Notes: generated by a model from the letters alone, not told the origin. A stretch of DNA of 62,954 nucleotides, filler included, from Octopus bimaculoides (GCF_001194135.2; 3 parts of 3 records of this genome joined end to end with filler, not necessarily neighbours in it); one strand, 5' to 3'. Positions 38,576 through 52,050 are shown, counted from the first letter of the whole stretch. A program made the numbers and translations.

Positions 38576-38963
38576 GCTTGCTTACCAACCACATGGTTCC
38601 AGGTTCATTCCCACTGCGTGGCACCTTCAGCAAGTGTCTTCGACTATAACCTTGGGTCGACCAATGCCTTGTGAGTGGATTTGGTAGACGGAAACCGAAA
38701 GAAGCCTTTTGTATATATGTATATATATATATATATATATGCGTGTATATGTTAGTGTGTCTGTGTTTATCCCCCCCAACATCGCTTGACAACCGATGGT
38801 GGTGTGTTTACGTCCCCGTAACCTAGCGGTTCGGCAAAACACACCGATAGAATAAGTACTAGGCTTACAAAGAATAAGTCCTGAGGTCGATTTGCTCGAC
38901 TAAAGACGGTGCCCCAGCATGGCCGCGGTCAAATGACTGAAACAAGTAAAAGAGTAAAAGAGT
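38576..38963 (+). mobile_element. SINE family C in protease intron 3
   Basis: Near-consensus, slightly 5'-truncated. Confidence 0.85.
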
Positions 38964-39883
38964 ACCTAGTGCACTTTATACTATTTCAGTTTGCTTTATG
39001 GCCATATCATATTGAAAATACCAGTTACTGTCAGCTTGCTAAAGGTGAGCAATGTCGTGTCAATTTCGTAATTAAATAGGTGGTCGTTTCGGAAACCTAG
39101 TTACTGTAATCATATCAAAATATATGTAGTTTACTTCGTTTGGTATCTGTCATTTGCTTTTACACCGGCTTTTAGTTTTTAGTTTAACGGATTTAAATCT
39201 GTTCACAAATTTGGGCCAGATCTCCAGTTCAAATGTTGTTTTCTATCTTCCTGTTTTTCCTAACAGTAAAATGGAAAATTCATTTGAAACTTATTCTGGA
39301 AAATACGTTCTAGTGCATTAAAGGATGTAATATTGGCCCAACGTCCCATATAGAAAGTGGGGTAATTGTCAAAGACATTTTTACAAAGGGAAAATGTCAT
39401 CAAATAGTGTCATTTCTTAAATATGTTACAAATTAAAAAAAAAAAAACAAAGAATAGTTTACTTGGAGATTTTACCAATACTCTTTTGTTTATCTTAAAA
39501 CGATCAAATCTGACGATGTTGTAAGGAGGCATAAATAGATTCCTCTGAAAAACTATTAACGAAGCAAATGTCATTTATCTCCATCTTGATCTCTGACGTC
39601 AACTAAAATGGTGTGAATCAGATCAGTTTTACCTGCTAGAAACAGCAACCCACATGCTTTTAAATCAGATCCCAATTCCTGATGTTCAAGAATCAAGTGA
39701 AGGGCAGATTGTCAGTCCTGGTATCATCCTGATTCCAAAAAGATACAATATGTCTATTTAGAGCAAATGAAGACTGAGATACCGGGGTCCCAGACGGACG
39801 GGCAGAATTTCACTTTTATTATTATCATAGATGTAATTGAATAAGTTTTATCTATTCATTAAATATGTTTTGCTTCTTTCCAG

Positions 39884-40015
39884 TTAATGATATTGCACTT
39901 TTGGAACTGGAAGAAAAAGTACCCTTCACCAAATGCATTGCTTCACTGGATCTCCCTAATAAAGGCGATACCTTTGATGGTACTTGTATCGCAGTTGGAT
40001 GGGGTAAAACTGAAA
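39884..40015 (+). CDS. S1A serine protease exon 4 (INDIALLELEEKV...CIAVGWGKTE; catalytic Asp102)
   Basis: Acceptor ttgcttctttccag|, NDIALL and C..VGWG motifs, phase 1-1, donor A|GTAAGA. Confidence 0.95.
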
Positions 40016-40784
40016 GTAAGAATTGAAGTTATTTTTATGCGTGTAACATATTTCATTGAGATATTCATAATCTTGAATTATGAATTATCTGAAATTTATT
40101 AAAATTTTACCTTTTGTGAGAAGTATTGCTCTCGAAAAAAACAGAAAATGCCGTATTTGATGGCATAAAAGATGCATTAGTATATCAGAAGAACTCTATC
40201 AGCAGCGCCTATGTAGGAAAAACCTTTTTCGTGCATTAAAGCTTATGGGAAACATAAGAAACCGGAGTGATATTTTTTAGAATATTTTTGAAAAAAGTGC
40301 CTTTTATTACATACCATCAAATACGATAATTCTTTAGACCATGAATTTTCACTGTTATAGATATCTGCTATTTTGAGGAAAATGTAATACGGATGTTATT
40401 TAAAGGTCTATGTAAAAAGGAAATCTACTTTTATCTCTATAGTATAGTATTAATTAAATAAAGACCGAATATGAAATTCAAAATGAAATTCTGATAGCTA
40501 TTCCTTTGTATAGCCTTACATGAGGTTTCCTGTTGACTTCTGCTGTTCTGCAGTTCTGTAGGAGGTCTAACTTCAGAAACGGAAGATGAACAAAGAAACA
40601 TCAATTATATGTTGGTTTCTGTGTTTACAATATTGAAATGCAGCCTCACACAATAATGAATTATAGATGAGTGTATTTATTAGATAGCTGATACTAAATC
40701 GGATGGGATATTTGACCCTCGTAACATTTGTCATGACTTAATTGAATCAAAAACCCGGTGGTACATCATTAACTTTCCTATATA

Positions 40785-41082
40785 CATGGCTTAGTGGTTA
40801 GGGTATATGGTTCACTATCGTGAGTTCATGAATTCGATACCCGGCGTTGCCAAGTGCCTTTCAGCAAAATTCTTTATTTTCTGTTACTCCAATTCACTGA
40901 GCTGTAATTCAAAGGGCTAACCATGTCACATTCTGTATCACTCTGAATCTCCATGCAAATCACATTAAAGGTACGCGTGTCTGTGGAGTACTCAGCGAAT
41001 TGCACATTAATTTCATGAGCAGATTATTCCATTGATCAGATCAACTGGAACACTCGTCGTCGTAACCGACGGAATGCCATTG
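40785..41082 (+). mobile_element. Diverged SINE with a family B 3' half, in protease intron 4
   Basis: tRNA-like head GGCTTAGTGGTTAGGG followed by the family B 3' region. Confidence 0.65.
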
Positions 41083-41182
41083 TTTTTATATACAATTAAT
41101 AATAATTAATTATATACAATTATTAATTACATAAAATTTATTAAAAATTAATACATTTCATTTGTCGAATATTGTGTTACAG

Positions 41183-41328
41183 AAGAAGGAATTTTACCAG
41201 ACCACCTTCAGAAAACCAGGATTAATGTAATGCCAACAAGCCAATGCCAAAAAACTGCACCTGGGATTTCTGCTCAACAACACATCTGTGTTGGGGATAA
41301 TACACCCATGGGAAAAAATGTTTGCGGT
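41183..41328 (+). CDS. S1A serine protease exon 5 (EGILPDHLQKTRINVMPTSQC...HICVG...KNVCG)
   Basis: Acceptor gttacag|, P..LQ...C...IC.G...C motifs, phase 1 in, phase 0 out, donor GGT|GTAAGT. Confidence 0.95.
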
Positions 41329-42088
41329 GTAAGTCATTCTTTTAATGCTTCTCAAATTTTTATGTTGAATTTATTTGCAGAATCGTTAGGGATTTGGACG
41401 CAATAAATAATATTTAATTACAACGACCTTATATTATGAATCCAAATCCTTCTGAGATGGTCTTTGCTTTTCAACACCGGGGCAGGGGGTTCATAAAGTA
41501 AGGTACAAATCAAGAGTATTTTCATTACTTTTATTTGGTGAATGGAATTATAACAGAAGGCAAGACAAGCCACATTTTGACTCTGTTTATAACATTTACG
41601 GAAATGTATTTTTTACTGGAGTGATCCTTCATTTTCAAACTTTCAGTCGTTGAGGGAGATACTATGTATGATGCTAGTAATACATGATGAATAAATATAT
41701 TTTTCGATAAAGACTATACATGTAGGCTTCATTGGAGAGTTATTTCATAAGAACAAAATTGGCATCTTTTAAGGAGCAGACGGAAGCTGTGTTGTTTACG
41801 TTTTTCTCTACAGAAATTACTGAAGTAACTGAGGTTTAGTAATTTCAGCTCAGAAATGAAAATAGGGATTCACTCATTACTAATTCAGATGAATAAAATA
41901 AGATCCACTATTAGATATAGTAATCACTATTAGGAAACCGACACCAATTATAAATTAGCCATGACTGGTAAGTGAAAATATCATTTTATATAGAAAACAT
42001 GAATATAGACATTGAAAATATCTACATGTAGGTAAATAATTTCTTTTAACGCAGCGGCCATTTTTAATCACTTATTTTCTGATTTCAG

Positions 42089-42247
42089 GGAGATTCTGGC
42101 GGTGGTCTTGTCTGCCGAAGAAAATCCGATAATGTCTACGTTGTTGCTGGTGTTGCTTCCTACGTTCTTGATTGCAATAAAGGTCTTGGAATCTATGCCA
42201 ACGCTGCCAGTTTCGTTGACTATATCAAGGGATACGTAAACTTGTAA
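42089..42247 (+). CDS. S1A serine protease exon 6 (GDSGGGLVC...GVASYVLDC...GIYANAASFVDYIKGYVNL*; catalytic Ser195)
   Basis: Acceptor ttttctgatttcag|, GDSGG motif, stop TAA 42245-42247. The six exons sum to 765 nt (254 aa + stop) with no internal stop. Confidence 0.95.
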   Translation, partial: GDSGGGLVCRRKSDNVYVVAGVASYVLDCNKGLGIYANAASFVDYIKGYVNL

Positions 42248-42588
42248 TTTTTCCGAAATATGATGATTTTTTCTATAAATAATGAAAAGTACTTCAACGT
42301 TTTGTGTTATTTTTCTGTTTAATATTTCATTTCTCTTTTTACTCTAGGCTTCATTTCGAAAATATCTTATTTACAATTTGCATATTACGGCAAGTTTTGT
42401 TTGTCAGAAAAGTATTTTCAGATTTTAGTAATACAGTGTATACGAAAGGAATATAGTAATAGAGCAGAAATTGCCATTATATAGTTTAATAACTAGTATA
42501 CACTTTTTAACTATTTATTGGAAGACTCAACCCTTACTATTTATTGGAAGACTCAACCCTTTTCACCTATATTTAAATAGTATTTTAG

Positions 42589-42933
42589 ATTGGGTGTGTG
42601 GTACGTAGCTTGCTTACCAGCCACATGGTTCCGGGTTCAGTCCCACTGCGTGGAACCTTGGGCAAGTGTCTTCTACTATAGCCTCGGGCCGACCAAAGCT
42701 TTGTGAGTGGATTTGGTAGACGGAAACTGAAAGAAGCCCGTCGTATATATGTATATGTATATATATGTGTGTGTGTGTTTGTGTCTGTGTTTGTCTCCCC
42801 AACATCGCTTGACAACCGATGCTGGTGTGTTTACGTACCCGTAACGTAGTGGTTCGGCAAAAGAGACCGATAGAATAAGTACTAGGCTTACAAAGAATAA
42901 GTCCTGGGGTCGATTTTTCTTGATTAAAAGGTG
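42589..42933 (+). mobile_element. SINE family C, 3' of the protease gene
   Basis: Near-consensus; runs into an N gap. Confidence 0.85.
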
Positions 42934-45900
42934 NNNNNNNNNNNNNNNNNNNNNNNNNNNNNNNNNNNNNNNNNNNNNNNNNNNNNNNNNNNNNNNNNNN
43001 NNNNNNNNNNNNNNNNNNNNNNNNNNNNNNNNNNATATATATATCAAAATTAGGCATAGTTCGTAAAACGTTATTAAAATTGCCATATATTATGAAAAAA
43101 CTAAAACATATGAAAAAAACTAAAGTATATGAAAAGTCACTGAACTGACACATTTAATAGTAAATAGCTTTGTAACATGGGGAAAATGCATCACTCATCC
43201 AACGAAGACCACCGTTCAACAATAATTTGATGTATGAAAATGTAGGATAAGCAACAGAATGAGCCAAACAAGGTTGGTTTTTTAAGTGCATCAAGGAATC
43301 AACTCACACTTCATGAATTATTGAACATTTCTTCAGCAAACACGAACATCAGCTTGCCATATATATTTGTATTTCATTGGTTCTTGTAAATTTTTCCATA
43401 GATTTTGTGTCTTGTTTAAAATGCTCTGCTTATTGTCCTTGAAATGATACAGAAAAAATTTCAATGGTTGTAACGAAACTAAACTTGGATACTCATATTA
43501 CTGATAGAAACAAAAATATAGTTACATCGGGAAAGAAGTATCTTGCCTGATCATCATTGTTTTCGGATGTGTTGTCATCCAAATCCTTTTTCTGAAATTG
43601 TGTTTCAGTTACTCAGGTATTTCTCCTCAAAAGTTTAACTCATAAATCTTCCATTTTTCATTAATATTCTTAGGTTAGGCCTATCAAACTTTCTTGCGGT
43701 CAATTTTTCTCGGCTTAGAGCGAGAAATTTTCCATATAGATATTTGAAACCTAAATTATCTAAACCTCTCATATCTTTTTATCATATGGATTACTGGGAA
43801 GCAAGATATTTTTCTGGTTTTACAAGGAGGAAACTCATGAAGTTATGCACTCCAACACCGGAATCTCTTCTTTCTGGTCATTCCTTTCTCCTCAATGACT
43901 TTTTCCCTTTAGTTCGACTGCCTCTTAAACACACACGAAGATGGAAATATACTGTAATCGCTTTGTTATCCGAGCAATATACAATACCTTTTCAAAGCAA
44001 CACAAATCATCTATTTATGGTTCGATTATTTGAGCTTTTCAGTATCACATTCATGGGTTTATAACTTTGCTTTAGAAATACCGAATAAACAATAGATGTA
44101 AATGCAAACACCTTTCCAAGAATATTCACCGTAAAGAGTTTATCTACTTTGCATTCTTTCTCAGCTAATAGCAATTGTCAGTTGATATTTTCTCAGTCTT
44201 AAGTTACACTCTCTATTTTAGGAAAAGATTTTCTTACGCTACACTGTACGTTATGATGTAGGCTATCTGTCTTTATAAATACTTTGTTTCTCTATTGAAT
44301 CGTTCTCTGATTCTTTCACAGTAATATAATAACTAGTTCGTTATGATGCATAGGCTTTGAGACAAACTATCTTTACTTTCATCGAAAGCAAGTCTTGCAG
44401 ATGCTACTTCAAAATTAAATGAATAGAACAGGTTGAAACAAAGAATTAATACTACTGGTAGTTTTCTTAAAATCAATAATTTCAGATTTCTGGTCTATGG
44501 TGCTTAGTAACTCTAATTCAAACGTTAGATAAAAACTGACATCATATCTAGAATCAGTATCCTAAAAGTAGTCTAAAACAACCTTCAAAAGTGCGTAATC
44601 AGCTGACCACAAATAGCAGTGGGGGATGAATATGACTATGAGCATAGGAGGGGAATGCAATGAAAGAATATGATATTTAAGTTTTAGATTATTTATAAAG
44701 AAATAAAGAGTAGCATTGATGATATGAGGGGCCTTGAAATGTTAAAAGTAAAGAAGCCTAGATTGGTACGTAGGACAACTGGATGTGTTTGTCATATTAA
44801 TTCTGAGAATATTTCCACTGCTTTCTGTCAATAAGTATGCCTAATTAACATTCCTAAAGAATAATGCTGCATAATGGGCTATATTGTAGATAATTGATGC
44901 AAACATCAAAACAATAGACAAGAGAAAAAGAAAAGGTAGATTGTATGTTAGCGGAAAAGATGTTTTATAGCTTCTAAAAATTTCATTTAAAATTCAATTT
45001 AAAATTGGTCGAACAATGGAGTCATTCTTAAACACCTTCATTATATTAAAAGCAAAACAACAACAAAAAAACAATCAATGTACCTGCAATTACTAAATAC
45101 TTTTGTGTTCTCAGAAATTCTTCTCTACTTTATTGAGAAATGCTGGTTCTACTTCTACTATTAACACCTGTGTAGACGCTCGGGCATTCATCCGTCACGT
45201 GATAGATGCAAGGTCCAATTCGGAAGGCCTGTTGTTCTTGTACGGGTGAAAGAGAAAATCTTTTCGAATTTCTCCTTGGAATTTCTCTATTCATTTCAGA
45301 GAATTGATTCTTACCCGCAAGAATTATAACTTGTTGATGTTATGAGAATGTTATAAGCTTAGAGAGAATGCAAAATAATTCTCTCTTTTATTTTTTTAGA
45401 ACGGTTGATCTCGAAGTAGATAAAGCTATTAATAATAGTGTTTAAATATATTTTAACTCAATATTTACACGTTATTAATTATAACTATATCTGCTTCGAG
45501 ATTCATCATTCTAAAATAGAATTATAAGTTTTAGTTAATTGCTCATTAAAGTTTAATGGGTAAAGAAAATGCAACTGAAACTCTAAATGAAAACACAGAG
45601 TTTGAGAAAGAGAACTCCTTTCTATAACCTATTTGTGAATCGCATTATAAACACACACACAACAAAAAAAAAAGTCTATGTAGAAAGACCTGATGTCACA
45701 TAATTTATTAGTAACAATCTTTCAGTGAATTATCTGAGCTTAATGTTGAACAAGAGCCTAAACCTTTTGAATCAAATTTTGTTGACGTGAGACGTAAACC
45801 TTCTGTCTTTGAAATACTGAAGTCATTACAGGATTTATTCAATACATGATTTATCTGGTAGAAGACCATTTCGACAAGACACGAGATGGGAAATGAGAAA

Positions 45901-46429
45901 AAGCATTCAACTTTTAACCATAAGTTCGGATATCTAACAGTAATGCTATTGTTTACCAACACGACTTTATAACACGGTTTGTGCATTGTTTTGGTTTCAG
46001 TACCATATTATAATACGAATAGGTCTTCGACTTACCTGCGATCCCTTACCAGATCTATATCAATGATGAAGGGAATTAAGCGGTGAATTGGCACACTCGT
46101 TAAAGCATTGGTTAGAATGCTTTAGACTCTGAGTTCAAACACTGCCTCTCGTACTTTCGGTGTCGATATAAAAGTATCAATCTAGGACGGGGGATTGGAG
46201 AAACAGAGAGATGCCTTGCACTATCTGTTCCGCGTCTGCGTTTTATCAGCACTGGTGTCAAGATGTGTCTGTCCAAGTTGGCAGCTTTGACACCGGAGAA
46301 ATATCAGTGAAGTGGAGAAAGAAGAATTGCAGTTATGGTAAACACAGTTTACTTTTTAAAGTGTTGTTCAGACATGCGCATACATGTTCAGATGAATAGT
46401 CAGCCTTCAACGGCGGATGGTCTATATTT

Positions 46430-46647
46430 AATGGTTTTAAATTTTGGCACAAGGCCAGCAATTTTTAGGGGAGGGAGCTGATAAGTCAATTATATCGACT
46501 CTAGTCCTCAACTGGTGTTTATTTTATCAATCCCGAAAAGATGAAAGGCAAATTTAATCTCGGCGGAATGTGAACTCAGAACGTAAAGAGACGGAACAAA
46601 TGCCACCAACCATTTTGTCCGACGCGCTACCGATTTTGTTTGCCTAC
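46430..46647 (-). mobile_element. SINE family A
   Basis: Reverse-complement match, diverged. Confidence 0.7.
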
Positions 46648-47105
46648 CACTCTTTTTTATCTGTTTATTATGAAGGAATCAAAGATCCAGTGGGAAACCT
46701 CGACGTTAATTGTGGTTCCAAGTCACCTGGATCAAATTTCACGTTTGCCAAGAATTAGATAATCGCTAATAATTCCTCTACAACCTGTCAATTGTAGTGA
46801 ATTTAGAAATGGCTCTCAGAAAGATCATTGATATCTGCATACGATTTCTAAATCTTTTAAACATTATCAACCTAATTTATTTCCAGATGGGTAGGTAACT
46901 TAGTTCTAACAATTAGTGTCTACACTTGTGAATGCAGATATGGCAGTGAGGCTGAGAAGGCTGCTTCAGAATCATGTAGTGGGTTTTTCTATCAAATTGC
47001 GTAGACGCTTTTGACTGGCGTCCTGTATTATAGCTTTGTGAATGAAACTGATTGACGGAAACTGAAGAAGCCTTTTGTGAGCGTGTACATACATACATAC
47101 ATACA

Positions 47106-47137
<32 letters not shown>

Positions 47138-47138
<1 letters not shown>

Positions 47139-47520
47139 GTTGTTGGCACTCCGTCGATTACGACGTCGAGGGTTCCAGTTGATCCGATCAACGGACCAAC
47201 CTGCTCGTGAAATTTACGTGCAAGTGGCTGAGCATTCCACAGACACGTGTACTCTTAACGTAGTTCTCGGGGATATTCAGCGTGACACAGTGTGACAAGG
47301 CTGACCCTTTGAATTACAGGCACAACAAAAACTGGAAGTAAGAGTGAAACAAAGTTGTGGTGAAAGAGTACAGCAGGGTTCTCCACCATCCCCTGCCGGA
47401 GCCTCGTGGAGCTTTTGGTGTTTTCGCTCAATAAACACTCACAACGCCCGGTCTGGAAATCGAAACCGCGATCCTATGACCGCGAGTCCGCTGCCCTAAC
47501 CACTGGGCCATTGTGCCTCC
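47138..47520 (-). mobile_element. SINE family B, full length, inserted in an (ATAC)n tract
   Basis: Near-consensus copy with intact GGTTTCGATT B box; flanked on both sides by ACAT repeats. Confidence 0.88.
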
Positions 47521-47589
47521 ACACATACATACATACATACATACATACATACATTCATGTGTGTATGTGTTGTGTGTGTGTTATGTGTT

Positions 47590-47818
47590 ATTTCTTTACT
47601 ACCCACAAGGGGCTACACACAGAGGGGACAAACAAGGAAAGACAAACGGATTAAGTCGATTATATCGACCCTAGTGCGTAACTGGTACTTATTTAATCGA
47701 CCCCGAAAGGATTAAAGGCAAAGTCGACCTCGGCGGAATTTGAACTCAGAACGTAGCGGCAGACGAAATACCGCTAAGCATTTCGCCCGGCGTGCTAACG
47801 TTTCTGCCAGCTCTCCCT
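47590..47818 (-). mobile_element. SINE family A with a variant 3' end
   Basis: Near-consensus head and body; the 3' end (CCGTTTGTC..TGTTTGTCCCCTCTGTGTGTAGCCCC) differs from the other copies. Confidence 0.8.
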
Positions 47819-48945
47819 TGTGTGTTATGTGTGTGTGTGTGTGTGCATGCGTGCGTGCGTGCGTGTGTGTATGTATGTACATACGTTTGTGTGTATGTGA
47901 ATGAGTTCGGATTTTCCCTCATCTTCAAAGGCGCTCATGCAAAAAGCTTATTCGAAACGTATCATTTGTCTCCAGTTCTCCGCATAACCATATCCAGACT
48001 GTTTCTAGTTTGACAGCCTGGGAGATTATTACGTTGGTGAGGTTAGCATCAGGATAGGCATCCAACTGAAGAAAACCTTTCCTATTCTTATTCACGTAAA
48101 ATAAGTACATCAACGTGTAAGATGAAAATTAAGGTATTGATTTAATTAATTTCTATATTAAAAAACCGCAATAAAATGCAAATCGTTTTAAAATTTATAA
48201 TCAAGAAATGTTATAATTCTGATTATGTCACTTTGTTTTATCCGTTGATAATGCTAATTTGCTTAATAACGTTATTTGAATTTAATTGTGAGATAATTAC
48301 ATGAATACTTTAAGCCTTTCAGGCTCCTATCTTTAATGAAATACATACACTGGTTATGAGTGTATTTCAATTAATTTGAAAAAAAATACTCAACAATTTG
48401 GAAAGATCTTCGCCAAATAACAAGCTTTTTCATTATAAAGCTGGTGTTAAAAACATAACTTTGCAGAAGTATGCAAATAAAATTACAATAAAAAACTTAA
48501 TTTAAATATGAACGCTTTAAAATAACAATTATGTGATGAGACGATCAGAGTTAATAGAGTCAGGCAGTTTGGTAATTGGAACATGATCAGATTTTCTGTT
48601 GAAAAGTTAAAATAAAGAGCGGTATAGATTAAAGTTTATTATGTTGAGAAAAAATATAAATTGCAGGACGTAAATGATATAAAATTGCGTTCGATAAGAA
48701 ATGAAACTAAATTAAGAAAAAAAAAAACAAACAAAAAAAAAAACTGGATATAAAGTTTGTATAAATTAACAATAAATGTTTTAGTAAAGAAGCACTACAA
48801 ACATATGTGCTCGATCTCGGTTTATTTAAAAGATATCTAAAATAAAAATATCTTGCTTTGACAGAAATCATATATGCGGAATAAAATATTAGTTTGTTTC
48901 TGCTGAATTCTACTTTCAGATAGCGTGCTTATATTCATGTAAGCC

Positions 48946-49578
48946 TACACAGCTAGGATATAACATGCTTCCACTGCTCTAGGGACCAATTCTGTAGGTT
49001 TTTACTCCACTCTAAACGCTTTGCAACATTTGTTTTTGAAAGTAGTGGTTTTCTGATTGCAGCCCTCCTGTGAAATTCAGTTTTGTGCAGCTCCCGGCGA
49101 ACAGTTTTTGTGGAAACTTGGTTCTCAAGGTCGTCATTAAGCTCTGCAGTAATTTTGGAAGCTGTAATTTTGTGATCCTTTCTAACAATTCGCATAACAG
49201 TCCAACGGTCCTATCTGAAAGTTTTGGTTTACTTTTGGAGTTTTGTTTCGACGAGGAGGTTGTTTCCCTCTTTCTTAAAGGCTGTCATTACTTTCGAGAC
49301 AGTACTTCTTGGTACACCAACATTTCGGCTGTTTTCGTTGCGCTAGCGCCTGCCATTTGAACACCAACAATTTGACCTCTTTAAAAGTCCGAGAAATTTT
49401 AATTACCTTTTCTGATGATATCTGAAAAGAAACACCGAGTTTAGCAAAACATATTAAGCAACACTAATAATAAATCGAGAAACAAAAATAAACAACAAGC
49501 TTTGGACGGTTTTATAGATATTTCAAAATTATGATGCTATGAATTTAGGTGTTTCCATTATTTTGTCCCACCCCTGTA
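48946..49578 (-). mobile_element. Truncated Tc1-like transposon (5' TIR and DNA-binding region; DDE domain missing)
   Basis: TIR TA-CAGGGGTGGGACAAAATAATGGAAACACC at 49549-49578. Translation SDF*RGQIVGVQMAGASATKTAEMFGV...TVRRELHK...RAAIRKPLLSK...WSLEQWKHVI, truncated just before the first catalytic Asp; no second TIR found. Confidence 0.88.
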
Positions 49579-49589
49579 TATGTATACAT

Positions 49590-49658
<69 letters not shown>

Positions 49659-49702
49659 NNNNNNNNNNNNNNNNNNNNNNNNNNNNNNNNNNNNNNNNNN
49701 NN

Positions 49703-49714
49703 TTAATTAATTAA
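49703..49714. other. TTAATTAATTAA linker inside an N gap (assembly join)
   Basis: Same structure as at 24501. Confidence 0.9.
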
Positions 49715-49758
49715 NNNNNNNNNNNNNNNNNNNNNNNNNNNNNNNNNNNNNNNNNNNN

Positions 49759-49798
<40 letters not shown>

Positions 49799-50040
49799 AC
49801 ATATGAATGTATGTCTTCATCTGCTTGTCTCTATGGCTTATCTATCTCTTCTTTTTTTCTAGCGATATTTCTGTCCAGTTGATTCTCTGTACATTTGTCG
49901 GACGGTCTGTCTGTTTGTCCGTCACTCTACACGTCCATCTCCCTTACATTGTCTTGCTGTATCTGTTTCTATTATTAGTGGACAAAGATAAGGTAATAAT
50001 TGCAAAACACAGTAAATTAGTTTGTATAAATGTATCCCAG

Positions 50041-50432
50041 ATAGGCGCAGGCGTGGCTGTGTGGTAAGAAGCTTGCTTCCCACCAAATGGTTCCGGGTTC
50101 AGTCTAATTGCTTGGCACATTGGGCAAAGTGTCTTCCACAACAGACTCCGGTCGACCAACGTCCTCTGATTCGCATTGGTAGGCGGACAATGAAAGGAAC
50201 CCGTCGTATACATCTATCAATGAGTGCCTGTGTGTGTCCATCACTGCTTGACAACCGGTGTTGGTGAGTTTACGTTCCCGTAACTTAGCGGTTCGGCAAA
50301 AGTCCGATAGAATAAGTACTAGACTTCAAAAAATATGAGGGCTGAGGTCGATTTGATGAAATTTAAACCCTTCAATGTGGTGCACCAGCATGGCCGCTGT
50401 CAAATGATTGAAACAAGTTCAAGAATATAAAA
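50041..50432 (+). mobile_element. SINE family C, diverged
   Basis: GGCGCAGGCGTGGCTGTGTGGTAAGAAGCTTGCTTCC head and family C body. Confidence 0.75.
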
Positions 50433-51117
50433 ATATTTTGCACCCTTTCCTCTCTATCTCTATCTCTATCTCTCTCTCTTGCTACCTCCCTCTCTCTCGC
50501 ATCACTCATTTCTCGATCTAGCAATATCTCTTTGTCGGTTGTTCTCCAAACCTTACAGCTACAATCATATACAATACATTACATGTAGAATTCNNNNNNN
50601 NNNNNNNNNNNNNNNNNNNNNNNNNNNNNNNNNNNNNNNNNNNNNNNNNNNNNNNNNNNNNNNNNNNNNNNNNNNNNNNNNNNNNNNNNNNNNATATATA
50701 TATATATAGTGATGGAGCGAAAGTAAAAATGTAGAGAAGGGGAAGAAGTCGTGATGGAGGAAAATTGTTTAGTTTAATTGAAATAAATAGGAAATGGTAA
50801 AGTTGTGTATGGAATGAGTATGGCAGAGGAAGAAAGAGACGAAGAAAGAAATAGATAGAAGGTACGGGTAGGTAGATAGATAGATAGAAGGGTGGTTGTA
50901 TTGATCGATATGTGGTTGGTAATGTGCAGGTGGATAGGTGGGGGTAGGGAGGGGTATGTATGTAGATCGATATATGGGTGGATAAGTTTGAAAAACGGAT
51001 TGGCAGGTAAATAGATATGTGGTTTGATAATGGATGAAGAGTGAGATGGATAGGTGGATAGATCAGAGCGCGCGCGCGCGCGTGTATTTGTGTAAAGTGT
51101 ATAGAAACTCCATACAC

Positions 51118-51160
<43 letters not shown>

Positions 51161-51811
51161 TGAGCAAGAAGTGGAAAGTCTGTTTAATAAAAATAGTGAG
51201 ATGATATTGAAGAGTGTTGAAATGATGGAGGATGTGGTGGGGAGGGAGGATGAGGATGGTGCTGATATAATAATGTTGATTTGAGTGGATGAAGTAATAA
51301 AGAAAAGAAATTGGAAACAGTAATTAAAAGTGTACTACTACTACGACCACCACCACCACTACTACGACTTCCACGTTAAAAGAACGGTTAAGTAGTCCCT
51401 CGATCAGCTAGAAATAATTACAAAATTACCCTGAAATCAAAGCCAACAGTCTTCAGAACAGCAGCGGCATCTTACATGTATATATAGTCAAGTAGTTAGA
51501 TAGAGGGCGCTTCCTGTAACAATACACTGATCTGCCCCACCACCATCACATCTAACTGCATTACACTGTATCACAATAGTTCTTTAAACTCCTACAAACT
51601 CCTCGCGTACCCCACTATCACCACTATCTCCTCCACCATCTACATCCCTACATCAAACCCGCAAACCCCCAATCCGCCCTCATATAATATTAAACAATGA
51701 CTCAGATACCAACATGTCCATTGTCACCATACTTATTACAGAAAACCATCATTACCATCTGAACCATCATTATTATGGCCCTCCTCCTCCCCCTCCTCAT
51801 CATCATCATGG

Positions 51812-52050
51812 TGCTAGCTTCCCAACCACATAGTTTCGGGTTCAGTCCCATTGCGTGGCACCTTGAGCAAGTGTCTTCGACTCTAACCTGAGCTGCCCGA
51901 AACATTGTGCGCGAAGAAACCTGTCCGGTGTGTGTGCGTGTGTGTGTCTGTTTGTCCCCCCCTTAACCGCTTGGCAACAGGTGTTCGTGTGTTTACGTCC
52001 CCGTAACTTTGCAATTTGGCTATAAAAACCTGTAGAATAAGTAATTTTAT
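51812..52050 (+). mobile_element. SINE family C, partial
   Basis: GGGTTCAGTCCCATTGCGTGGCACCTTGAGCAAGTGTCTT and TTTACGTCCCCGTAAC modules. Confidence 0.7.

Noticed and set aside
42510-42561. 26-bp tandem duplication (similar small ones at about 31760-31805 and 36455-36495)
   Set aside because: Two or three copies without spacers; ordinary slippage duplications, not CRISPR-like.
50518-51117. 199-aa minus-strand ORF
   Set aside because: Derived from a degenerate (GATA/GGAT)n purine tract plus a gap.
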